Shown here piece by piece: positions 16,826-24,569 of a DNA stretch of 64,000 nucleotides. Every line of letters begins with the position of its first letter. Position 1 is the stretch's first letter. This DNA is from Candidatus Glassbacteria bacterium (lineage in GTDB: Bacteria > Gemmatimonadota > Glassbacteria > GWA2-58-10). A program made the position numbers and the translations under genes. The stretch spans positions 466,284 to 530,283 of the forward strand of contig CAVVYO010000006.1 in the NCBI GenBank assembly GCA_963752515.1, read 5' to 3'. The notes under the pieces were generated by a model. It was not told where the DNA came from. It searched no databases and saw nothing but the letters and a program-made list of their open reading frames with translations.

Positions 16826-17709
16826 GGCTTCCAGGTCGGAAAACAAAACAAGGGCTGCTCCTGCTGTGCCTGGCGACGTAACTTTTCCAGCTCCTGCTCG
16901 CTGAGGATGTTCAGGCTGGGGGCGATCCGCAGCACGGTGCGGAACAGGCCGACATCCCCGGGCGGCAAGGCCGCGGTCACCGGCAGGGAAAGGGTGAACG
17001 AAAAGGCCCGCCGCAGCTCATCCTCATCCTCCAGGGGCCGGTACCAGCACTTGGGGAAACGCTGCGGGGCCGCCGGATCGCGGGCGGCGCGGGCCCCCGC
17101 TTTCAGCGCCAGCACCGCCATCCCCCGGTCCCGGGCTCTCTCCACCACCTGCGGACCATAGCCCCCGGCCAGCCAGCAGGCGTAGTTGATCTGGAACAGC
17201 ACCGAGTCGAAATCGAACATCCCGATCGCGGCCAGGGCCGCCTCCACCGAATGGGCGGAGAAGCCCAGGAAACGCACCTTGCCCTCCTGGCGCGCCCGGA
17301 CCAGGGTTTCGATCGCCCCGCCCGGGCCGAACGCCCGGTCCAGATCCTCGCGGCTCTCCAGCGAGTGCAGCTGGTAGAGGTCGATCCAGTCGGTGCGCAG
17401 GCGGCGCAGGGAACTTTCCAGCTCGCGCCGCGCCCCATCCGCATCACGCTCGGCGGTCTTGCAGGCCAGGAACGCCTGCTTGCGGAACGGCTCCAGGGCC
17501 GGCCCCAGCTTCTCCTCGGCATCGCCGTAAGTCGGGGCGACATCGAAATAGTTCACCCCGGCCTCGAACGCCTCCCGCACCAGGCGGTCGGCCACTTCCT
17601 GCTGCTCGTCCATCACCACGATCCCGCCCATCCCGATGATCGAAAGCCGCTCCCCGGTACGTCCCAGCTCGCGCCGCGGGAGGTCCTGCGAGACCCTGGT
17701 TGCGGTCAT
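16822..17709 (-). CDS. Aldo/keto reductase, no signal peptide (paralogue 2)
   Basis: Intact 295-aa ORF with the same AKR motifs (GVNYFDVAPTYGDAEEKLG, LRRLRTDWIDLYQLH, RFLGFSAHS). It starts directly at the catalytic domain. Confidence 0.9.
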   Translation of the reverse strand: MTATRVSQDLPRRELGRTGERLSIIGMGGIVVMDEQQEVADRLVREAFEAGVNYFDVAPTYGDAEEKLGPALEPFRKQAFLACKTAERDADGARRELESSLRRLRTDWIDLYQLHSLESREDLDRAFGPGGAIETLVRARQEGKVRFLGFSAHSVEAALAAIGMFDFDSVLFQINYACWLAGGYGPQVVERARDRGMAVLALKAGARAARDPAAPQRFPKCWYRPLEDEDELRRAFSFTLSLPVTAALPPGDVGLFRTVLRIAPSLNILSEQELEKLRRQAQQEQPLFCFPTWKP

Positions 17710-17741
17710 GCCGCGATCCTTTCCGCCTCAGGCGCGCGCTG

Positions 17742-18716
17742 TCAGGACTGCCAGCCCGGGTACTGGAAGATCGAGGGCAACTGCGCGGCCTCGGCCCGCA
17801 GCTCCTCCCGTTCCGCCGCGGTGAGCGGGATGAACGAGTGCGCCACCCGGCAGGCAAGCTGGAACAACTCGTTTTCCATGGGCGGAATGGCGGAGGTCAC
17901 CGGCTGCGAGAGCGTGAAGTAGTAGCTGCGGGCGATCTCCTCCACGGCGGTGTGGGGATGATACCAGACCTTGGCGAACTTGCCGCCGCCCTGCTCCCCA
18001 TGGGTGCGGGCGCAGCGCGCGCCGGGCTTGATCGCGATCAGCCCCTTCTTCGTCTCCAGGGCCTTTTCCACCACCTGCGGCCCGAAATTCTGATTGTACC
18101 AGGAGACATAGGTGATCGGGAACATCACCGTGTCGAAATCATAGTGCTCCATGGCATAGAACGCGGCCTCGACCGTGTGGGCGGAAAACCCGAGGTAGCG
18201 GGTCTTGCCCTGCTCCTTGGCCTTGACCATCACCTCCATCGCCCCGCCGGGGCCGAACGCGCGCTCCACATCCTCCCGGGAGTTGAGGAAATGGTGCTGG
18301 TAGAGGTCGAAATAGTCGGTGCGCAGGCGCCGCAACGACCGCTCCAGCTCGGCCTGCGCTCCGACAGCATCGCGCTTCTGGGTCTTGCAGGACAGGAAAA
18401 CCTGCTGGCGCAGCCCCTGGAGGGCCGGGCCCATCACGATCTCGGCATCGCCGTAAGCCGGGGCGACATCATAATAGTTGGTGCCGTACTGGTAAAAGGC
18501 CTCGTGGACCATCCGGTCGGCATTGGTCTGGGTCTCCTCCCGGATGATGTTCCCGCCGAAAGCGACAATCGCCAGTTGCTCGCCGGTGCGGCCCAGGGGA
18601 CGCCGGGGCAGGGGCTGGTCCACTTTCTCCGGCAGGGCGCGCAGGCGCTCGGCCATCAAGCTGCCCGAACCCAGGCCGGCGGCCAGGGCCAGCTTGAAGA
18701 ACTCGGTCCTCTTCAT
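17742..18716 (-). CDS. Aldo/keto reductase with N-terminal signal peptide (paralogue 3)
   Basis: Intact 324-aa ORF. Signal-like MKRTEFFKLALAAGLGSGSLMA. Motifs: NYYDVAPAYGDAE, LRRLRTDYFDLYQHH, RYLGFSAHT. Confidence 0.9.
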   Translation of the reverse strand: MKRTEFFKLALAAGLGSGSLMAERLRALPEKVDQPLPRRPLGRTGEQLAIVAFGGNIIREETQTNADRMVHEAFYQYGTNYYDVAPAYGDAEIVMGPALQGLRQQVFLSCKTQKRDAVGAQAELERSLRRLRTDYFDLYQHHFLNSREDVERAFGPGGAMEVMVKAKEQGKTRYLGFSAHTVEAAFYAMEHYDFDTVMFPITYVSWYNQNFGPQVVEKALETKKGLIAIKPGARCARTHGEQGGGKFAKVWYHPHTAVEEIARSYYFTLSQPVTSAIPPMENELFQLACRVAHSFIPLTAAEREELRAEAAQLPSIFQYPGWQS

Positions 18717-18818
18717 CGAAACCTTCCTCTGCGGTGGGTTGTCCGCAAGCCCGGACTGCCCGGGCCTGGAGCTTTCGGGAGCCGGAAGATCACCGCCGGC
18801 TCAATCTTTCTCAAGCTT

Positions 18819-18848
18819 ATTGTACCGGATCGACCGCCCTCCCGTCAA
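18819..18848 (-). promoter_or_regulatory. Putative sigma70-type promoter for the AKR array
   Basis: The minus strand reads TTGACG (18848-18843), 18 nt spacer, TACAAT (18824-18819), ~100 nt upstream of the start at 18716. Confidence 0.45.
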
Positions 18849-18961
18849 CAACCGACGTAAAATTGGTTCATCCGGGAATTCCGGGATGGCAGTTCCGGTC
18901 CGCCGGCGCGGCGAGCGAGCATGACAGACCCCGCCCGCTCAAGCTATCGCTTCGGCCACGA

Positions 18962-20182
18962 TCAGATCTCCTCCCAGAAATGCGGCAGGAAATCCACCTG
19001 CGCCCCGGCCTCCAGTTTCAGCGGCCCGGCCGGGATGCGGGCCAGGGCGTTGGAGCGGGCGAACGAGCCCAGCATGTAGGAGGCCTGCTCCCCGGCCCGC
19101 TCCACCAGGAAATCCTCCCCCTCCCGCCGGACAATCGCCCGCAGGAACAGGGTGCGTTCTCCGGAGTGCTCCAGCTCCTGGTCCAGACGCCCCCGCAGCC
19201 AGAGCGGCCAGGGCTCGGGGAATCCCATCACCTGGCGCAGGGCGGGCACGACATAGAGCTCGAAACAGACCAGGGCCGAGGCCGGGTTGCCCGGCAGCCC
19301 GAAAAAGAGCTTTTCGTTCAGTCGCCCGAACCAGAGCGGCTTGCCCGGCTGCTGCGCCACCTGGTGAAAGACCTGGCGCACGCCGATTTCCGCGAACGCC
19401 CGCGCCAGGTGGTCATAGTCGCCGGCGCTCACCCCGCCGACTGTCAGCACCAGGTCCGATTCCTCCCGGGCCCGCGCCAGCTCCTCCCGCAGCAGGTCGG
19501 GGTCATCCCCGCAGCGACGGCAGGCGACCTGCTCGACCCGGGCCCTGCGCAGGGCGCTCAGCAGCATCGGAGTGACCGAATCATAGACCGTGCCGGTCTC
19601 GAGGACTGTCCCCGCCGGCCGCAGCTCATCACCGGTGGTGAGCAGGGTCACCGCCGGAGGCGCATAGACCGGGACCGTGGCCAACCCCAGGGTCGCCAGC
19701 ATCCCCAGGGCCGGAGGCGAAAGCTGCGCCCCCTCCGGCCAGACCACCTGGCCGCGCTCCACCTCCTCGCCCTCCCGGTTGATGTGGCTGCCGCTCTCCG
19801 GCTGGAAGTAGAACGTGATCGAGTTCTGCCCCTCGAACACCTCCTCGCGCTTGATCACCGCATCGGCTCCGGCCGGCAGGGCGGCGCCGGTCATGATCCG
19901 CAGGGTGTGGCCGGAGACCAGTTCCGGCGGCCGGCCCGGGGCGGCTCGGACCTCGCCGGCCAGGGGCAGATTGACCGGCAGGCCGCGGGTGGCCCCGGCC
20001 AGGTCGGCGCGACGGACCGCATAGCCATCCATCGCCGAGTAGGAGAAAAACGGGTAAGGGCGTTCGGCGGGCAGATCGCGGGCGCAGACCAGGAACGCCG
20101 CCCGCTCCAGCGGCCGCTCCTCCGGGATCGCGCGGCGGGCGGTCTCCAGCACCAGAGCCAGCGCCTCTTCGGGCTGCAGCAT
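18962..20182 (-). CDS. moeA: Molybdopterin molybdenumtransferase
   Basis: MoeA hallmarks: SAMDGYAV, MTGAALP.GADAV, TVGGVSAGDYD, GLPGNPASALV. I take MLQPEEAL.. (20182) as the start; the track ORF extends to 20281. Confidence 0.9.
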   Translation of the reverse strand: MLQPEEALALVLETARRAIPEERPLERAAFLVCARDLPAERPYPFFSYSAMDGYAVRRADLAGATRGLPVNLPLAGEVRAAPGRPPELVSGHTLRIMTGAALPAGADAVIKREEVFEGQNSITFYFQPESGSHINREGEEVERGQVVWPEGAQLSPPALGMLATLGLATVPVYAPPAVTLLTTGDELRPAGTVLETGTVYDSVTPMLLSALRRARVEQVACRRCGDDPDLLREELARAREESDLVLTVGGVSAGDYDHLARAFAEIGVRQVFHQVAQQPGKPLWFGRLNEKLFFGLPGNPASALVCFELYVVPALRQVMGFPEPWPLWLRGRLDQELEHSGERTLFLRAIVRREGEDFLVERAGEQASYMLGSFARSNALARIPAGPLKLEAGAQVDFLPHFWEEI

Positions 20183-20351
20183 CGGTTCTCCCGGCAAGCT
20201 CGAGTGGGATGGCTTCTCGGCCGCGACCATCGCGGCCTGATTAATAATGACAACCGGAGCGGTAAACAGCAAGGCTGCCAACAGCGGCCGGCGGGGGGCG
20301 GGTCCGGGGAAGTGCCCCCATTTTGACTCGTTTCCGAAAGATAGGATTGAA

Positions 20352-20434
20352 CTATCGAAAAAGTTTTGGAAAGTGGAAAGGGGGCTCGGGGGGAGGGAGA
20401 AAAACCTTTTCCAAAAGGTTTTCTCCCTCCCCCC
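20352..20434. repeat. G/C-rich hairpin intergenic repeat, copy 2
   Basis: TATCGAAAAAGTTTTGGAAAGTGGAAAGGGGG followed by the hairpin GGGGGGAGGGAGAAAAACCTTTTCC-AAAAGGTTTTCTCCCTCCCCCC. Confidence 0.75.
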
Positions 20435-20465
20435 GGATCAACTGGCCGTTGTGGTCGAATTGAGC

Positions 20466-21074
20466 TCAGGGCTCCCGGCCGGTGAGGGCGCGATAGTCGG
20501 CCGGGGTGTCGATGTCCTGGAGCACGCCCGGGTCCGGGACCTCCAGCTCCAGCACTTTCTCGGGGAAAGCGCGCACGACATGACGGGCCCCCACCTCCGG
20601 CGGGGCGGCAAGCAGGGCCTCGAACAGCGAGGCGGCGAACAGCACCGGGTGGCCCCGTCGTTCCCCGTGGCGCGGCAGGATGATCTCGCCCTCCCCGCGA
20701 CAGAAAGCCCCGGCCACCGCGGCGATGGTCGCGGGATCGAGGTTGGGGTGATCGACCGGAAACAGCATCACCGCCGCGGGCGCGAGCGGCAGCACCGCGC
20801 GCAGGCCCGCCTGGAGCGAGCTCAGCATCCCCTGCTCGTAGTCCCGGTTGATGACAAGCTCCTCCGCGGCCAGCGGGATCGCCGCGGTCACCTCCGCGAC
20901 AAACGCCCCCAGCACCACCCGCACCGGGCCGACCTCCGCCGCGCCGCGGACCAGGCCCAGCAGGTGGCCGAGGAAAGTCGATCCGGCCAGCGGCAGCAGG
21001 GGCTTGGGACGGCCCATCCGTTCCGATTTGCCGGCGGCCAGGATCAGCGCGGCGATGCTACCTTTGTTTTCCAT
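20466..21074 (-). CDS. mocA: MobA-like nucleotidyltransferase (NTP_transf_3); probable molybdenum cofactor cytidylyltransferase
   Basis: MENKGSIAALILAAGKSERMG.PK.LLPL.G matches the LAAGxSxRMG motif. It lies between the XdhC-family gene and moeA, next to a Mo-hydroxylase operon. The cytidylyl versus guanylyl assignment is inferred from context only. Confidence 0.75.
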   Translation of the reverse strand: MENKGSIAALILAAGKSERMGRPKPLLPLAGSTFLGHLLGLVRGAAEVGPVRVVLGAFVAEVTAAIPLAAEELVINRDYEQGMLSSLQAGLRAVLPLAPAAVMLFPVDHPNLDPATIAAVAGAFCRGEGEIILPRHGERRGHPVLFAASLFEALLAAPPEVGARHVVRAFPEKVLELEVPDPGVLQDIDTPADYRALTGREP

Positions 21075-21126
21075 CTTTTGCTTCCCTCGCTTTGAGCGAT
21101 AATAGAGGGAAAACTCCCGGCCGCTT

Positions 21127-21540
21127 GCTATTCTCGTAAATCCTGCGGATTTTTCTCCTGCTGTGACCAGAAGCAGCAAGAGTCTTATGAAGCCAAGGCC
21201 GCGAAGGGGGAGGGAAATCTTCAGCTTTTTCTTTATCCCGTAAATCCTGCGGATTTTTCTACTTCTGTGACCAGAAGTAGCAAGAGTCTTGTGAAGCCAA
21301 GGCCGCGAAGCTGGAGCAACATCAAGGTATTCAATAAATTACGTTGTGTCCGAGGAAGCAAAGCGCTCCATCCGAGGTCGCCGCGTTTCGCGCCATCCCT
21401 GGCGCTGCAACGCCATGGCCTGCCGGGCTCGCTCATTCCACCCCAGCCACGATGGAAATTGCGCGGCAACTGCACCGCTGTCTTTTGCCTCCAGCCGCGG
21501 CCCAAAGACCGCCCATCCCCACACCAAGCAAAGTCCCTGT
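21127..21540. repeat. ~420-bp non-coding repeat, copy B
   Basis: Co-linear with 13625-14040 in the same orientation. Hairpin sub-units lie at 21155-21176 (degenerate, 7/9 pairs) and 21259-21280 (perfect). Confidence 0.8.
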
Positions 21541-21763
21541 CGTGCATTAGCCTTTCACCCCTCAGGCGGCACCAGCCGCCTCCGCGGCGCAACTGTATGA
21601 GCCACGAGGGAGCAGCGGTTACAGCACCGGCGATCCCATGAATGGCGATAGAGGAGGCAAGAGCTGACTGGCAGATGCGCGTCAGCGCTGCCCACCCACA
21701 GGGGCAGCGTAAAGATCGCACGATTACCAGCGGTCAATTGAAGATCACCACTGGTGGGCGAGT

Positions 21764-21944
21764 TTTGCGACGCAAAGACTTTTGCTTCTTTTGGTCACAA
21801 AAGAAGATAAATAATGACAATCAAAGAGATAGCTGCATAGTCGGGAATTTTCAGCCGGCAGGCCGGGATCAAGGTGATTCATGCACAGCCGGCCGGCAAG
21901 TGGTGGCGCCGCCAGACTTTTGGTCCTTTTGGTCACAAAAGGAC
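21764..21944. repeat. Two inverted-orientation hairpin modules of the same family
   Basis: AGACTTTTG-CTTCTTTTG-gtca-CAAAAGAAG (21785-21806) and AGACTTTTG-GTCCTTTTG-gtca-CAAAAGGAC (21923-21944). These are reverse complements of the stem-tgac-stem-CAAGAGTCT pattern seen at 13657, 13759 and 21259. Confidence 0.75.
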
Positions 21945-22016
21945 AAAACTCTTTTGCCTTTAGTGAATTAACCGCCAAACCATGAAATTGAAGGCAGAAA
22001 TCCGACATCGAAAAAG

Positions 22017-23111
22017 CTAGTGCCCCAGCACCACCCTCCCCAGCTCGGGGCTGCGCCCGCGGCGCACCGCGATCAACTGGGCGACAATGCTCACCGCGAT
22101 CTCCTCCGGGGTCTCGGCCCCGATCTCCAGCCCGACCGGGGCCCGGACCAGGGCCAGCCGCTGCGGGTCCGCCCCCTGGCGCGCCAGCTCCTCCCAGAGC
22201 AGTTTCACCTTGCGATGGCTGCCGATCATCCCGACATAGGCCGCCGGGGTGAGGATCGCCCGCCGGATCACTTCCCCATCGTGAGCATGGCCGCGGGTGA
22301 CCGACACCAGGTAGTGGGAGGGCCCGATCGCCAGCCGGTCGAACGCCTCGGCAGAGCCGCAGGTCAGGACCGCCTCGGCCTCGGGAAAACGCTCCGGGGA
22401 AGAAAACTCCGGGCGGTCATCGACCACGGTCGGCCGGAAACCGCAGAGCGCGGCCACCCGGCACAGCGGCATCGCGATGTGCCCCCCGCCGAAAATCACC
22501 AGCCGGGGCGCGGAGGCCAGGGGCTCCGCCAGGAAACCGCGTAGCGACTGGTCCCCGGCCGGAGGCTGCTCCAATTCCAGCACCAGCGGGTCCTCGCGGT
22601 CCCGGCGCGGAGCCAGGGCCGTCCGCACCGGTTCGGTCAGGTCGCCAAGGCCGCCGGCCAGCACCCGGCCCTCCCGGTCCAGCAGCAGGCGGCTCCCGCG
22701 GGGATCGCCGCCGCGGCCGGGGCGGATCGCGCTCACCAGCCAGGCGCCCGCGCCGCCGGACAGCTGTCGCCGCAACAGACAGAACAGCTCCAGCTCCGCG
22801 GGAGGGACCAGCTCGGTCAGCACCTCCACCCTTCCGCCGCAGAGCATCCCCTCCGCGCCGGCCCGGGCATTGCTGAAATCGTAGCTGTCGACCCGCGACT
22901 CCCCCCGCCGCAGGGCCTCCGCCGCGGCCCGGATCGCCCCGGCCTCCAGCGAGCCGCCGCCCAGGGTGCCGCGAGCGAGACCCTCGACTGTCACCAGCAG
23001 CCGGGCCCCGACCGGGGTCGGGATCGACCCGACTCGCCCGATCACCGCCGCCAGCGCCACCGGCTCGCCCCGCTCCAGGCGCTCCAGCAGGACCTCGATC
23101 ACTCTTTCCAT
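22017..23111 (-). CDS. XdhC/CoxI-family molybdoenzyme maturation (Moco insertion) protein
   Basis: N-terminal XdhC_CoxI-like MERVIEVLLERLERGEPVALAAVIGRVGSIPTPVGARLLV, and a C-terminal Rossmann-like LVIFGGGHIAMPL...GF.PTVVDDRPEF. The start is taken at 23111, because the upstream part of the track ORF overlaps repeat copy 3. Confidence 0.85.
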   Translation of the reverse strand: MERVIEVLLERLERGEPVALAAVIGRVGSIPTPVGARLLVTVEGLARGTLGGGSLEAGAIRAAAEALRRGESRVDSYDFSNARAGAEGMLCGGRVEVLTELVPPAELELFCLLRRQLSGGAGAWLVSAIRPGRGGDPRGSRLLLDREGRVLAGGLGDLTEPVRTALAPRRDREDPLVLELEQPPAGDQSLRGFLAEPLASAPRLVIFGGGHIAMPLCRVAALCGFRPTVVDDRPEFSSPERFPEAEAVLTCGSAEAFDRLAIGPSHYLVSVTRGHAHDGEVIRRAILTPAAYVGMIGSHRKVKLLWEELARQGADPQRLALVRAPVGLEIGAETPEEIAVSIVAQLIAVRRGRSPELGRVVLGH

Positions 23112-23141
23112 GCACTCGTCCCTTCCACAAGATTTACAACA

Positions 23142-23219
23142 AAGGCTGTTCCGGGGGAAAGGAGGAAACTTTTTGAAAAAAGTTTTCTCCCTCCCCCGGG
23201 CCCCCTTTCCACTTTCCAA
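23142..23219. repeat. G/C-rich hairpin intergenic repeat, copy 3 (inverted orientation)
   Basis: CCGGGGGAAAGGAGGAAACTTTTTGAAAAAAGTTTTCTCCCTCCCCCGG followed by GCCCCCTTTCCACTTTCCAAAACTTTTCC, the reverse complement of the copy-2 arrangement. Confidence 0.75.
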
Positions 23220-23263
23220 AACTTTTCCTTTGTTCGTTGCTGGATATCACCCAGCCAGTCAGG

Positions 23264-23300
23264 ATAAAAACCGGGGTCCGGGAACTGCGCCCGGACCCCG
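23264..23300 (-). terminator. Rho-independent terminator ending the hydroxylase operon
   Basis: 11-bp GC stem (23272-23282 pairs with 23290-23300) and a 7-nt loop. On the minus strand it is followed by GTTTTTAT. Confidence 0.75.
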
Positions 23301-23337
23301 TCATTCAGCCTGCGACATTCCCGCCCGCGCCACCGCC

Positions 23338-23571
23338 TCAGCAGGGGATCCGGCAACGGAAGCAGCTTCTGCCCGGGAGACACTCCCCGCTGGAGACAAA
23401 GCGGTCATCCGGCCCCACCGGCCCCTGGGTCATCAGGCACCAGCAGTCCTTGGAGGGGTCGGGCAGGTAGTGCAGCCCCTGGTCCCGCGCGATGTAGTAG
23501 CCTTTCGAGCGGTGGTTCCTGCAGACATTTTTCAGTTGGTCGAGCATGCTGTCAGCCATCTTGCGCTCCAT
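23338..23571 (-). CDS. Small Cys-rich protein (77 aa, 7 Cys); hypothetical; last gene of the hydroxylase operon
   Basis: ORF MERKMADSMLDQLKNVCRNHRSKGYYIARD..KDCWCLMTQGPVGPDDRFVSSGECLPGRSCFRCRIPC. It sits 10 nt after the FAD-subunit stop and ~40 nt before the terminator. No family name recalled. Confidence 0.5.
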   Translation of the reverse strand: MERKMADSMLDQLKNVCRNHRSKGYYIARDQGLHYLPDPSKDCWCLMTQGPVGPDDRFVSSGECLPGRSCFRCRIPC

Positions 23572-23581
23572 CGGACAGGGC

Positions 23582-24568
23582 TTAGACTTCCACCCCGGCG
23601 GCGCGGAGGACCGCCCGCTTGAGAATGGTTTTGGCCAATTGGATCTTGTAGGCGTTCTCCTTCATCGGCTGGGCCTCGGCCAGGGCTGCTTCCGCCGCCT
23701 GCTCGATTGTCCGCAGGTCGAGCTGGCTGCCGGCCAGGGCCGCTTCCGCCGCTTTCGCCCGGAAGGGGGCCGGGGCCACTCCGCCCAGCACCACCGCGGC
23801 GCGCCGGCAGCTCTTGCCCTGCATCGCCAGCACCACCGCCGCCGACACCAGGGCGAAATCCCGGCTCTCGCGTTCCTTGAACTTGAGGTAGACCCCCTTG
23901 CCCATCGGCGAGCGGGACAGTCACCTGAGTGACCAGCTCGCCCGGCTGGAGGATGTTCTCGCGGGTCGGGTCCTCGGCCGGCAGGATGAAAAACTCATCC
24001 AGCTTGACCTCCCGGCTGCCTTTCGGGCCCTGGACTGTCACCGCGGCATCGTAGGCCATCAGCATCGGGGCCAGGTCGGAGGGATGGACAATGAAGCACG
24101 GTCCGCCGCTCAGGATCGCGTGGTACTTGTCGCGCCCATCGACCGCGATAACAGGTGTCGCCCCCCTTGCGCAGGCAGGGATACTCCTCGCCGCGGTAGT
24201 ACCAGCAACGGGGCCGCTGGCAAAGGTTCCCGCCGAATGTCCCCATGTTGCGCAACTGGGGCGAGCCGATCGCCTCGGCGGCCTCGGCCAGACCCGGGAT
24301 AGTTCTTGCTTGACATCGGCGTTATCCGGGCCAGATCGGCCAGGCGGACCAGGGCGCCGATCCGCGACGGGGCGCCGCCCGCGATCCGGTCCAGCCCCGG
24401 GAGCGACTTGATGTTGACCAGGCGATCCGGGGCGATATAGCCGTTTTTGATCTCGCCGATCAGGTCCGTGCCGGCCGCGACCGGCGCGGCAGTACCCGAC
24501 CCTGGCCAGTCAACGCCGACACCGCGTCCTCCAGGCTCCGGGCGATTGTAATAGGCAAAAGCTTTCAT
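23582..24568 (-). pseudogene. FAD-binding medium subunit of a xanthine-dehydrogenase-family molybdoenzyme (CoxM/PaoB-like), frameshifted
   Basis: Pieces in three frames: MKAFAYYNRPE, AAGTDLIGEIKNGYIAPDRLVNIKSLPGLDRI, MRNMGTFGGNLCQRPRCWYYR, MLMAYDAAVTVQGPKGSREVKLDEFF, and the C-terminal ..YLKFKERESRDFALVSAAVVL...VLGGVAPAPFRAKAAE.. Confidence 0.85.
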
Positions 24569-24569
24569 C

